Source: Candidatus Latescibacterota bacterium
GTDB lineage: Bacteria; Latescibacterota; UBA2968; GCA-2709665
Direction of reading: 5' to 3'
NCBI GenBank assembly: GCA_965222075.1
Contig: OZ244937.1
Coordinates: forward strand, 96,001 to 160,000
Length of the DNA stretch: 64,000 nucleotides
Part shown: piece by piece, positions 10,296 to 19,632 of the stretch
How positions within the stretch are numbered: position 1 is the stretch's first letter
Layout of the letters: each line of letters begins with the position of its first letter
Notes under the pieces: model-generated
Database searches by the model: none
What the model was told of the DNA's origin: nothing
Seen by the model: only the letters and a program-made list of their open reading frames with translations
Position numbers and translations under genes: made by a program

Positions 10296-11541
10296 GAGAA
10301 CCCTATCCGGTCTGGCGTCCTATGTACCCGGCAACCGCAGACTTGACCATCAGCGGTGCCCTGTGAATGGCACCCGGGTCACACTGGTCATCGACCAACT
10401 GAATTCGGGAGGCGCGCAGCGCCAGCTCTGCATGCTGGCCGTGCATCTCAAACGCCGGGGCTACCATGTCGAGGTGCTGGTCTATTGGCGGGCGAACTTC
10501 TTTACTGGTCTGCTGAGGGAGGCCGGCATTCCCATCGTCTACGTGCCCTCCCGCAACAGGCTGTACCTTATCTACGCCATGCGTCGGGCTGTGCGGCGGA
10601 GCAGGCCCGATGTGGTCATCTCGTTCCTGTCGGGGTCCAACATGCTGGCGGAATTGGCAGCGTTGCCCCACCGGGACTTCGCGGTCATCACATCGGAGCG
10701 CAACCTGGACACGAGCGGAAGGAGCCTGCGGCGGGATTTGCGTTATACCTTGCATTGTTTTGCGGACGCCGTGGTGAGCAATTCCCACTCCCAGCGGGAT
10801 CGCATCAACCAGATTGCGCCCTACCTCGAAGAGCGCACTCACGTTGTCGTGAATGGTGTGGATCTCGACTACTTCAGACCGGCCGACCCGCCTGGGCACA
10901 GCCAGTCCAACGAGATGCGCATGGTTGTGCTGGCCCGATACGCGCCACAAAAGAATCCTTTCGGTCTGCTGGCGGCGGTGGAGATCATCCGACGCGAACA
11001 TCCCGCGCTTAACCTTGTGGTTGACTGGTATGGAGCCCCCATCGCAGTGGACAGCCGACGCCATTCGAAGTGGGGGTATGGTTCCCGCCAGAAACTGGCG
11101 AATTACTACCGCAAGTTGGAGGAAGCCATTGGGAAGCAGTGCCTTTGGGATCGGTTCCGCTTGCACCGGACTCGGCAGAACGTGGTCCCCCTCTACCACG
11201 CGGCGGAGGTGGTCTGCCTGCCTTCGCTCTACGAAGGCACATCCAACGTCATTTGCGAAGCCATGGCCTGTGGAATCCCTGTACTAGCCAGTCGCGTTAG
11301 CGACAATCCTCGTCTGGTGGAGGAGGGGCGGAACGGTCTGCTGTTCGACCCCCTATCGCCTTGGGACATGGCAGACGCTATTGTGCGCTTTGCCGCCGAG
11401 CCTTTAGAGGTTCGGCGGCGTATGGGTCTGGAGGGACGCAAGATGGCCGAGGCCATGCTGTCGCCGGATGTGTACGCCGATCGCTTCGTTGAACTGATTA
11501 ACCAGGTCATCCTCCACAGAGACAAGGGCGGGTGTACGTGA
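10264..11541 (+). CDS. Glycosyltransferase family 4
   Basis: GGAQRQL, SERN, NGVD, PSLYEGTSNVICEAMACG; alternative start at 10282. Confidence 0.9.
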   Translation: MLSEFIMSRFRRTLSGLASYVPGNRRLDHQRCPVNGTRVTLVIDQLNSGGAQRQLCMLAVHLKRRGYHVEVLVYWRANFFTGLLREAGIPIVYVPSRNRLYLIYAMRRAVRRSRPDVVISFLSGSNMLAELAALPHRDFAVITSERNLDTSGRSLRRDLRYTLHCFADAVVSNSHSQRDRINQIAPYLEERTHVVVNGVDLDYFRPADPPGHSQSNEMRMVVLARYAPQKNPFGLLAAVEIIRREHPALNLVVDWYGAPIAVDSRRHSKWGYGSRQKLANYYRKLEEAIGKQCLWDRFRLHRTRQNVVPLYHAAEVVCLPSLYEGTSNVICEAMACGIPVLASRVSDNPRLVEEGRNGLLFDPLSPWDMADAIVRFAAEPLEVRRRMGLEGRKMAEAMLSPDVYADRFVELINQVILHRDKGGCT

Positions 11542-11726
11542 GCTTGTGGTCCCGGGTCAAGGCTTCTTCCTTCGCATTTGATTGCAAAAAGCACATCGCC
11601 GAACTGCGTAACGGCAAAGTTAGGAAATTGGATCTGATTGCAGTCAATGGCGTAGAGTCGGCGACTGGCAAACGACCCGGCATGGAACGGAAGAAGCCGG
11701 TTCGCCGGGAAAGGCTTGAAACATGA
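11538..11726 (+). CDS. Short ORF or gene remnant coupled to both neighbours
   Basis: GTG start overlaps the upstream TGA (GTGA) and its stop overlaps the downstream ATG (ATGA); no recognisable domain. Confidence 0.3.
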   Translation: MSLWSRVKASSFAFDCKKHIAELRNGKVRKLDLIAVNGVESATGKRPGMERKKPVRRERLET

Positions 11727-12814
11727 GCGAGAGAGTTCCAGGGGGGACAAAGGTCCTGATCATCGGACCGCTGCCGAGCACTTCAGCCTCCGTCACCGAG
11801 GTCACCGGGGGCGCCAAAGTATTGTTTGAGGAAACCGTGCGCCAACTGCGCATGCGGGACTTTGAGCTGGACATCCTCAGCTCGTCGAGGCCGCGGCAAA
11901 ATCTCTCCTTCTGGAAGGTTCAGGTCTACAACCTGCTGGCGTTCGCACGGGTTGTCTTGGATATTCTGAAGAAGATTCGGTACTCCCAGCTGGTTTTCCT
12001 CAATCTGGTTCCCTATGCGGCATGGATCGTGGCTTCCTCTGTTTGGGTGATCTGCAAAGTCTCCCGCCGTCCCATGGCATTGCGGTTCTTCGCGGGCAAC
12101 TTGAGCCTGATCTATCAGGAGTACAGTTCCATGACCCGCTGGTTGGCCGACAGAACCTATATGCGGTGCCCGCTCGTGTTCGTAGAAACGCAGCAGTTGT
12201 GCCAGGACTTCCGCACCTGGGGCAATTTCCGCTGGCTGCCCAATACGAGGGACATCAAGACCCCTACCGCGACCAGGCGGGATAAGATCCGCAGGCTGAT
12301 CTTCGTTGCTCCGTTGCGATTGGAAAAAGGATTGGCCGAGGTCCTCGAGGCCTGCCGCTCGTTGCCCGAGGGCTGCCATCTTGGGGTATTCGGGCCCCGA
12401 ATGCTCAACACCGACTTCTCCTTGTTCGAGGGTCATCCCCGGGCGACATATAGGGGAGTTCTGGAGCCGGCGGAAGTACCTCGGGTCCTGGCTGAACACG
12501 ATCTGCTGTTGCTTCCCAGCTACCACAGAAGCGAAGGCTATCCAGGCGTTATCCTCGAAGCCTTCCAGTGTGGGGTGCCGGTCATCGCCACCCGGTGGCA
12601 AGCCATTCCCGAGGTCGTCCAACACGAAGAGAACGGGTTGCTCGTAGAACCCCGCTCGGCCACGGCCCTGCAGGCCGCGATAGAGCGGCTGCTGGAAGAT
12701 CCCGATCTGTACCGACGGCTGTGCAGGGGAGCCGAGCGTCGAGGTGCGTTCTTCCGCAGCGCGGTCTGGTACGACCAGGTCGCCGTAGACTTGCGCGGTT
12801 TGGTCAGCTGGTAG
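11723..12814 (+). CDS. Glycosyltransferase family 4
   Basis: IGPLP....GG, EKG, LPSY..SEGYPGVILEAFQCGVPVI. Confidence 0.9.
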   Translation: MSERVPGGTKVLIIGPLPSTSASVTEVTGGAKVLFEETVRQLRMRDFELDILSSSRPRQNLSFWKVQVYNLLAFARVVLDILKKIRYSQLVFLNLVPYAAWIVASSVWVICKVSRRPMALRFFAGNLSLIYQEYSSMTRWLADRTYMRCPLVFVETQQLCQDFRTWGNFRWLPNTRDIKTPTATRRDKIRRLIFVAPLRLEKGLAEVLEACRSLPEGCHLGVFGPRMLNTDFSLFEGHPRATYRGVLEPAEVPRVLAEHDLLLLPSYHRSEGYPGVILEAFQCGVPVIATRWQAIPEVVQHEENGLLVEPRSATALQAAIERLLEDPDLYRRLCRGAERRGAFFRSAVWYDQVAVDLRGLVSW

Positions 12815-12819
12815 AGGCC

Positions 12820-14043
12820 ATGTTTAGCAAAATACTTCGTCGGTGGTATAGAGGGATCCGTTCTCCCAGGATTCGGGACGCGGTAAGTCGGATGCGTAAC
12901 TGGGGGCAAGATATACAGCTGTCCCCTGCAGCGAGAGTGGAGCGTTCCTGCGATCGCAGTGGTCAGTTGCCTCCCGACCCTGGAATAGACGCCATCGTCG
13001 ATTCCTGCGTTGACTGGTTGCGCCATGCCCAAGACAACTCGGCATCCCAGGACGGGGGAGTGGCGGCGCATTACAGCCTAATCACTGGATGGTCCGCATC
13101 CTATCCGGAAACTACGGGCTACATCGTTCCCACCATGTTGGATTACGCCCGTCGGCGGGAAGACGGCGACGCTCAAGACAGAGCACGAAGGATGCTCGAC
13201 TGGCTGGTTTCAATACAGTTCCGGGAAGGCGGATTTCAGGGCGGACATATCGATGACAGCCCGCGAGTTCCGGTGACCTTCAATACCGGCCAGGTCTTGC
13301 TCGGCCTGGTGGCCGGGCACCGCGAGTTCGGAACACTCCGGGAGCCTCTCAAGCGCGCGGCGGATTGGCTTGTGACGACCCAGGACCTCGACGGGTGTTG
13401 GCGTCGGCATTCGTCTCCATTCACCGCCTCCACCGAGAAGGCTTACGATACCCATGTGGCCTGGAGTCTTCTGGAGGCGGACTCCATCGAAACAGGCGGT
13501 TCGTACGCGGTCGCGGCGATGGCTAACATTCGCTGGGCGTTGACCCATCAACGCGAAGACGGTTTTTATGAGAATTGCTGTCTCAATGGCGCCACGTGGC
13601 CCCTCACCCACACTCTTGGGTACGCCCTGCGTGGCATTATAGAAGCCTATCGAGCGAGCAAGAACGAAGCGCTCTTGACCGCCTCGCGGCTGACTGCAAA
13701 CGGGTTGCTACAGTGTCTTGGTGGAGACGGTTTTCTACCAGGCCGTATCATGCCGGGCTGGCGCCCGGCGGTGGATTGGGCTTGCCTCACCGGGACGGCA
13801 CAGATCGCATATTGCTGGCTCACGCTGTACGGATTCACGGGAGAGGGCCGATATCTGGATGCCGGCCGGCTTGCCAATTCCTTTGTACGACGCACCATTC
13901 GAGTCGCCGGACCACCGGAGCTCCGAGGCGGTGTCAAGGGCTCTTACCCCATAGACGGTGATTATAAACGGTATCTCTATCCCAGCTGGGCGGTCAAATT
14001 CAGCATTGATTCAAATCTGCTCGAAGCCACTTTTTGTTGTTGA
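12820..14043 (+). CDS. Alpha/alpha-toroid (prenyltransferase/squalene-cyclase-repeat-like) protein of polysaccharide loci
   Basis: SYPETTGYIVPT motif and repeated WL...Q..DG units; ATG at 12820 follows GAGG. Confidence 0.65.
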   Translation: MFSKILRRWYRGIRSPRIRDAVSRMRNWGQDIQLSPAARVERSCDRSGQLPPDPGIDAIVDSCVDWLRHAQDNSASQDGGVAAHYSLITGWSASYPETTGYIVPTMLDYARRREDGDAQDRARRMLDWLVSIQFREGGFQGGHIDDSPRVPVTFNTGQVLLGLVAGHREFGTLREPLKRAADWLVTTQDLDGCWRRHSSPFTASTEKAYDTHVAWSLLEADSIETGGSYAVAAMANIRWALTHQREDGFYENCCLNGATWPLTHTLGYALRGIIEAYRASKNEALLTASRLTANGLLQCLGGDGFLPGRIMPGWRPAVDWACLTGTAQIAYCWLTLYGFTGEGRYLDAGRLANSFVRRTIRVAGPPELRGGVKGSYPIDGDYKRYLYPSWAVKFSIDSNLLEATFCC

Positions 14044-14151
14044 CGGCAGTTGGACCACCAGAGCCCGCTTTCTTCCATTGGGCGCGACTTTGATAGTCGT
14101 CTCGTATTCCCGCTCCCTGTTGTACGGCTTTATATCCGCAGGAGCTGTCCG

Positions 14152-14997
14152 TCATGGTAAGCGTCCGGATGAACCGGCTTTCCGCAAGTATATCCCCTCT
14201 CCCATCCGCTCCGATGAGATCTCGATGATTGCCCGGCATTCAAGCGATGAAGCGTCCAACACCTTCAACGACTCTTCAGAAAGGCGCGGTTTCTCTCCAT
14301 CCTGAGACAGTGGAACGAAGAACACCTTGTTGACCAGTTCGTTTTCTTTGATTCTCTGCAGTAGACGCCTGAAGCCAAGCTTGCGCAGTGCGATACCACA
14401 TGACCACCCAAACGCCGAGAGCCAGATGAATCTCGGACTGACCGATTCGTTCACTGCTCCTTGCGGAACGGAATTGAACTTCGAAGCCTGACAGAGAGAA
14501 GCCAGGACCTCCAGCACAGCGGCCGTATCCTTGGTAAGTGCGGAAAAGTAGACGGTTAGAATGTCGACATCGATTCGGTAAATATCTAAAAGTACCTTCG
14601 GGACCAGCCTGTCACGTACCGTAACCTCCTCCGAGTGCCTGTCGCCAAAGAGAGCTGAGGGCTCTCCTCGGCTCTTCCTAAACCGCATCATTGAAATGGC
14701 CCGGTCCCGATGGTTTCTGACAAGCACCATCAGCAATATCCTGAAGCCTTCTCTCCTTAGTGTCTCAACCGCCTCGGATAGCCCAGGATCATTGTAGGCA
14801 TCGGGGGCGATGTCACTTAGCAGTTTTCCTTGTTGGCCATGCACCTGTTTCCACGCTCGTTTAAACGCCCTTGGAGACCGGTAATAGAACCGATCTTTGA
14901 TTTCAGGCAAGGCGAAGTCGGGATGGTCTTTTAAGATGCGGTACAGAAAATCGCTTCCGGACCGCCCAGGTCCAACTACTAGCAGATAATCGTACAC
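14152..14997 (-). CDS. Sulfotransferase family protein
   Basis: 5'-PSB-like VGPGRSGS..LY.IL..HP and 3'-PB-like LVRN.RDRAIS. Confidence 0.7.
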   Translation of the reverse strand: MYDYLLVVGPGRSGSDFLYRILKDHPDFALPEIKDRFYYRSPRAFKRAWKQVHGQQGKLLSDIAPDAYNDPGLSEAVETLRREGFRILLMVLVRNHRDRAISMMRFRKSRGEPSALFGDRHSEEVTVRDRLVPKVLLDIYRIDVDILTVYFSALTKDTAAVLEVLASLCQASKFNSVPQGAVNESVSPRFIWLSAFGWSCGIALRKLGFRRLLQRIKENELVNKVFFVPLSQDGEKPRLSEESLKVLDASSLECRAIIEISSERMGEGIYLRKAGSSGRLP

Positions 14998-15549
14998 GTT
15001 TGACCTGCCTTCTCAGTTGTAGTGCCAGCGCGTGGCCTGTCTGCGCTTCGTTGAGCGACGTGAGCGACCGAAGTCGCGTGGTGCGCCACTGACCAAGAAC
15101 GTAGCGGAATTGTCCTTGACATGGCTGGCCACTGTAGCTACATTCGAGCCATATCAGGAGGGCATTCAGGATGAGTACCGATACCGTACCAAAAATGTAC
15201 CGAAATAGAGCAGATGCTGTCAAGCGTACGGATTCACGGTCGACAATGGGTGAGATGGTATCGCTCTGAAGGCTTCGCCGAGGTTCTCAACCATCGCGGC
15301 TTGGCATACGATTCGTGCGGGTCCAGCGCACCGAGCAATCGGCACGCCCTGACTCTCGATCACAGCCGAATTGTGGACCGAGGGCCGGTCCTTGCCGGAG
15401 GTCCTCTGGTAGGCTGTATCACAAACCTGGGAAAGCCTACTTTGCACAAGGCAAACCTGTACGTCGGCATCAGTCCGGAAAGCGAGAGCGAAGATTTGCG
15501 CGGTGCCTGCTTGTATCATAGGCTTCAAGTCTTCGGTTCGGAGAGTTGA

Positions 15550-17151
15550 GTGATGACTATGCCTTTTTCATTTCGGCTGCGCCTGAACTGGGGCACGGCC
15601 GCCCGGGTTGCGGCGGATGTCCTGCTGATCAATCTGGCCTTCGCGGTTGCCTTGAGCATTCGTTTTGCCCTGATCGTCTGGAGCATTACAGGCAGCCGCC
15701 CCGGCGAATACGGATCTATTTTCCAGCGTTTTATCGAGGTTTACACATCGACCAGCTGGATCATCACCGGGATCTGTCTCATCGTCTTCGCGCTGAGCGG
15801 CTTCTACACCTACGGCCGAAATTACAAGGGCCGCTACAAAACCCTGGTCATTTTCCAGGCCGTGAGTCTGGGCTACCTCATATCCGGGATCGTCCTGTAC
15901 ATGCTGATGGACGCGGAGGTCCGGGAGATCCTGGGCATCACGGATCGGCCGGTGCCCAGGGCGGCCTTTTTCATCTCCTGGTTGAACACCTTCCTGCTGG
16001 TGGCGGGTGCGCGGTTCTGGTCGGCGATATGGCGGAAGATCCTCCACCGGGAGTCGCAACAGCCGGCTTCTTCCAGCAGACAAAAGCCGGAGCATATCCT
16101 GGTGATTGGCGGGGCGGGCTACATCGGGTCGGCTTTGCTGCGCCGCCTGCTTGAGCGGAACTATACCGTGCGGCTGATGGATCTCCTGTTGTACGGAGAA
16201 GAACCGATCGCGGACTTGGTGGGCCATCCCAGGCTGGAACTGATCCGGGCGGATTTCCGCCAGATCGACCGGGTCGTGCAGGCTATGCAGGGTATGGATG
16301 CCGTGGTCCATCTGGGGGCCATTGTGGGCGATCCGGCCGGCGCCCTGGACGAAAAGCTGACCATTGACATCAACATGATCGCCACGCGCATGATCGCGGA
16401 GATCGCGCGCAGCAACGATATCGAGCGGTTTGTTTTCGCCTCGACCTGTTCGGTGTACGGCGCTGGCGAGCAGGTCCTGGACGAGCACTCCGTGCTCACG
16501 CCCGTCTCCCTGTACGCGCGCACCAAGCTGGCGGCCGAGCAGATGCTTTTGGGCATGACCTCCACCTCCCCTGGTTTCGCGCCCGTCATTCTGCGTTTCG
16601 GGACCCTGTACGGCTTTTCGGGGCGGGCGCGGTTCGATCTGGTGGTGAACCTGCTGACGGCCAAAGCGCTGCACGAGGGCCAAATCCCGGTGTTCGGCGG
16701 GGAGCAGTGGCGCCCATTCATCCATGTGGAGGACGCGGCCCACGCGGTCCTGCGGGTCGTAGAGTCCCCGTCCTCGGTGGTGAGTGGGGAGGTATTTAAC
16801 GTTGGCTCCAACGAACAGAACTACCAGATAAGGACCATTGGAGAAATCATCCAGCGAAGGGTCCCTGCCGCCCAGGTGATCGACCAGGGAGACGAGGCGG
16901 ATCCGCGCGACTACCGCGTCAATTTCGACAAGGTCGGCCATTTGCTCGGATTCGCCCCCGAATGGACGGTGGAAGAAGGCATCCAGCAGGTCATCGAGGC
17001 CTTTGAGCAAGGCCGGATACACGACTACCAGGACAAGCTCTACAGCAATGTCCGGTTTCTGACGGACGAAGGCGCCTCCCGACTCCTGGGGCACGCCGAG
17101 GACTGGATGAGCGAGTACCTGCAGGGGTCCTCAAAAGAAAACCACGGTTGA
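15550..17151 (+). CDS. NAD-dependent epimerase/dehydratase with N-terminal membrane domain
   Basis: About 4 N-terminal TM helices, then GGAGYIGS, STCSVYG, YARTK, RFDLVVN. Confidence 0.85.
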   Translation: MMTMPFSFRLRLNWGTAARVAADVLLINLAFAVALSIRFALIVWSITGSRPGEYGSIFQRFIEVYTSTSWIITGICLIVFALSGFYTYGRNYKGRYKTLVIFQAVSLGYLISGIVLYMLMDAEVREILGITDRPVPRAAFFISWLNTFLLVAGARFWSAIWRKILHRESQQPASSSRQKPEHILVIGGAGYIGSALLRRLLERNYTVRLMDLLLYGEEPIADLVGHPRLELIRADFRQIDRVVQAMQGMDAVVHLGAIVGDPAGALDEKLTIDINMIATRMIAEIARSNDIERFVFASTCSVYGAGEQVLDEHSVLTPVSLYARTKLAAEQMLLGMTSTSPGFAPVILRFGTLYGFSGRARFDLVVNLLTAKALHEGQIPVFGGEQWRPFIHVEDAAHAVLRVVESPSSVVSGEVFNVGSNEQNYQIRTIGEIIQRRVPAAQVIDQGDEADPRDYRVNFDKVGHLLGFAPEWTVEEGIQQVIEAFEQGRIHDYQDKLYSNVRFLTDEGASRLLGHAEDWMSEYLQGSSKENHG

Positions 17152-17297
17152 TCTTCCGGGCGGCTCGATTGGCGTCCTTAGCGTTGGGTGGATTGTAATC
17201 GACGCGTGATTACAACGCAGCGGATCAAGCAAATGGCGGATGAAAAGGGGGGGTTAATGAATCAGTTCATCACCTATGGGATCGGGGGCTTCAGGCC

Positions 17298-18266
17298 ATG
17301 AAATTCATCGTGACGGGGAGCAACGGCTTTATTGGCTATCACACTTGCCGGCGCCTGATGGACCTCGGGGAGGTTATCGGTGTTGATGACCTGTCCACCG
17401 GCTCAGCGGACAACGAGGTGGATGGCGTTCAATACCACACCCACAGCATTACCGATGCCGATTGGCTGGTGCATCTGCTTCGGGACACAAACCCGGAGGT
17501 GGTTATCCATTTGGCGGCGATGTCGCGGGTTGCCTTCTCGGTGCAGTACCCGCTGCGCAGTGCGGCGGCGAACGTGATGGGGACCATCTCCGTGCTCAAC
17601 GCGATTCTCAAGGCGGAACGGGTGGGGGGAACCAGGCTCGTGTTCGCCAGCAGTAGCTCGGTCTATGGCGGCGCCAAGCGCCTGCCCACGCCAGAAATGC
17701 ACCCCTGTGATCCGCAATCACCGTACGCCCTGGCGAAGTTGCACGGCGAGCAGTGGTGTGACATGTTCCATCGCCTGTACGGGCTCGATGTGGTGAGCCT
17801 GCGGTATTTCAATGTGTTTGGGCCGGGCGCGCGCTTCGGCGGCGCCTACTCTACCGTATTACCCGCGTGGATGTATCACATGTTTGTCGATCGGTCATAT
17901 CAGCCCTATCTGGAGGGTGACGGCACCCAGTCAAAGGACTTCTGCTTTATTGACAATGTCGTACAGGCGAACATCGCCGCGGCGACGCGGGCGCGCGGCT
18001 TCGCGGCAGACGTGCTGAATATCGGGCAGGGGCACGCCCACTCTCTCCTTGAGATCAAGGATATCATCGAGCAGATTGCCGGCAGGAAGCTCCCGCTCGA
18101 ACGCCGCCCGCCGCGCGTCGGTGATGTCAAGCATACCCTGGCCGACATCTCGCGGGCCCGGGCGGAGCTGGGGTTCGAGCCCACGACGGACTTTCACGCG
18201 CAGCTTGCCCTCACGGCAGCCTGGAACCGCGAATGCTATGGCCAGCCGTCTTGCAGGCAGGACTGA
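17298..18266 (+). CDS. Nucleotide-sugar 4-epimerase (extended SDR, WbpP/GalE-like)
   Basis: TGSNGFIG, SSSSVYG, SPYALAK, LRYFNVFGP, GDG.Q.KDF. Confidence 0.9.
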   Translation: MKFIVTGSNGFIGYHTCRRLMDLGEVIGVDDLSTGSADNEVDGVQYHTHSITDADWLVHLLRDTNPEVVIHLAAMSRVAFSVQYPLRSAAANVMGTISVLNAILKAERVGGTRLVFASSSSVYGGAKRLPTPEMHPCDPQSPYALAKLHGEQWCDMFHRLYGLDVVSLRYFNVFGPGARFGGAYSTVLPAWMYHMFVDRSYQPYLEGDGTQSKDFCFIDNVVQANIAAATRARGFAADVLNIGQGHAHSLLEIKDIIEQIAGRKLPLERRPPRVGDVKHTLADISRARAELGFEPTTDFHAQLALTAAWNRECYGQPSCRQD

Positions 18267-18363
18267 AACTTTTGATCAAGGACCAATATTGCGTCTCACA
18301 TCCCGATGCCTGATAGATCTCTGAAACGGTGTGAGGGCCACTGCAGATTATCACGCCCCATAC

Positions 18364-18390
18364 ACCTGTCTGCCATCTGCACAGGCAGGT
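18364..18390. repeat. REP-like palindrome ACCTGTCTG-N9-CAGGCAGGT
   Basis: 9-bp inverted repeat with one G-U pair in the intergenic region after the polysaccharide locus. Confidence 0.35.
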
Positions 18391-18524
18391 AGGCACAAAA
18401 TAGCTTGTTAGTCCTTTATCATTTTCATATATCTCCGCCACTCGAGGACGATCAACAGCTGGCGATGAACCTCGCTCACCCGCTCGACAACGGCCGCACC
18501 CAGCCCACTCCGCACCATTTTCCC

Positions 18525-18553
18525 TTGCTTAAATCATGGATTAAGGATATTTT
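18525..18553 (+). promoter_or_regulatory. Candidate sigma70 promoter for HEPN-MNT
   Basis: TTGCTT-N17-TATTTT in an AT-rich patch about 55 nt upstream of the HEPN start. Confidence 0.35.
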
Positions 18554-18608
18554 TAACCTGGCGGTTTGAGGCGCATCCAGGTTAGATCTGAATTATGGAC
18601 GGAGAGAC

Positions 18609-19001
18609 GTGATGGCGCAGCGATGGAAGGACTGGCTCACCCAGGCGAAGCACGATCTGGAGCAGGCCGCCTCCTCGCGGAGGGAAGGCCGTCATGATTG
18701 GGCCTGCTTCGCGGCGCAGCAGGCTGCTGAGAAGGCGGTCAAAGCGCTCCATCTCGCCCGGGGTCAGGAGGCGTGGGGCCACGTCGTCGCCCGCCTCTTG
18801 TCGGAGCTCCCGGACGCCCCGCCTGAGCATCTCGTCGAACAAGGGCGGGCGCTCGACAACTTCTACGTACCAACACGCTACCCGAACGGGCATCCGGAAG
18901 GGGCGGCCTACGAGCACTACGGTCCGCTGCAGAGCGATCAAGGACTGCGTTATGCCGGTGACATCCTCCAGTTCGTCCATCAAGCGCTGGCCGGCGCCTG
19001 A
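18609..19001 (+). CDS. HEPN domain protein (toxin-type)
   Basis: W..QA..DL..A, WACF.AQQAAEKA.KA, WGH, PTRYPNGH (RX4H). Confidence 0.9.
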   Translation: MMAQRWKDWLTQAKHDLEQAASSRREGRHDWACFAAQQAAEKAVKALHLARGQEAWGHVVARLLSELPDAPPEHLVEQGRALDNFYVPTRYPNGHPEGAAYEHYGPLQSDQGLRYAGDILQFVHQALAGA

Positions 19002-19329
19002 GGCTGTCCTGGAAGCGCTTCGCGCGTGGTCCGCTGCCCAGGCTGAGAGGCGGGGGGACCTGGTGGCGCTGGGCTTTTTCGGCTCCTACGCCCGTGGGGA
19101 CGCCGGGTTCGGCAGCGATCTCGACCTCGTCGCAGTGGTTGAGAACAGTTCCGCCTCCTTTATCGAGCGGGCTCGTGGGTGGCCGACCCACGCCTTGCTC
19201 GTGCCCGCCGATCTGCTTGTCTACACCGTTGATGAATGGCAGACGCTGCGGGAGGACGGAGGCCGTTTCGCCGAGGTCCTCTCAGAGGAAACGGTCTGGC
19301 TGGTGGGCCCACCGGAAGACCCGGGTTGA
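18952..19329 (+). CDS. Minimal nucleotidyltransferase (MNT) antitoxin-type protein
   Basis: FGSYARGD...GSDLDL (GSX10DXD), DLLVYT..EW; overlaps the HEPN 3' end. Confidence 0.88.
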   Translation: MPVTSSSSSIKRWPAPEAVLEALRAWSAAQAERRGDLVALGFFGSYARGDAGFGSDLDLVAVVENSSASFIERARGWPTHALLVPADLLVYTVDEWQTLREDGGRFAEVLSEETVWLVGPPEDPG

Positions 19330-19387
19330 CTGGGGGTCTGATCCTGCGTGGATTGTTCTAAAGGAGTCCGGGTGGTGTTCCACAGAA

Positions 19388-19417
19388 ATGGCAGCCTTAT
19401 TTGGCTGCCATCTCTTT
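19388..19417 (+). terminator. Hairpin/possible intrinsic terminator after HEPN-MNT
   Basis: Perfect 9-bp stem ATGGCAGCC-TTATTT-GGCTGCCAT followed by CTCTTT. Confidence 0.5.
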
Positions 19418-19440
19418 ATCGATTGTGATAGGAGGTTGAG

Positions 19441-19632
19441 ATGGCCACACCAGGGCAGGTGCGGACCGGTATTGTGGGGTTGGGACCGCGCGGCAGGCGG
19501 GCATGCCCTGCCGGACCGCGGTGGTGTACGCCCGCCATCGGGGATCGGTTGTTGTTGATGAGGCGAAAGATCACGGAGCATCCCGTGGGGGTGCCTTCTG
19601 TGGAGGGTTGCGATGATCTCAATTGCCGCTGA
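19441..19632 (+). pseudogene. Degenerate N-terminal fragment of a Gfo/Idh/MocA oxidoreductase
   Basis: Strong RBS AGGAGG; MATPGQVRTGIVGLGPRG Rossmann start; a shifted frame gives CRTAVVY, similar to SRTVAVC of the 20791 gene; the rest is missing. Confidence 0.6.

Noticed and set aside
15214-15549. Overlapping ORFs of about 100 aa on both strands
   Set aside because: No motifs, RBS or typical codon pattern; treated as decayed intergenic DNA
15568-17094. Long antisense ORFs (also 24619-26013, 46015-47634, 48620-50191 and others)
   Set aside because: Shadow frames of real high-GC genes, with no domain signatures
17200-17301. Short ORF ending FITYGIGGFRP coupled to the epimerase, resembling a nucleotide-sugar dehydrogenase C-terminus
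   Set aside because: The similarity rests on a few residues and cannot be supported without a search
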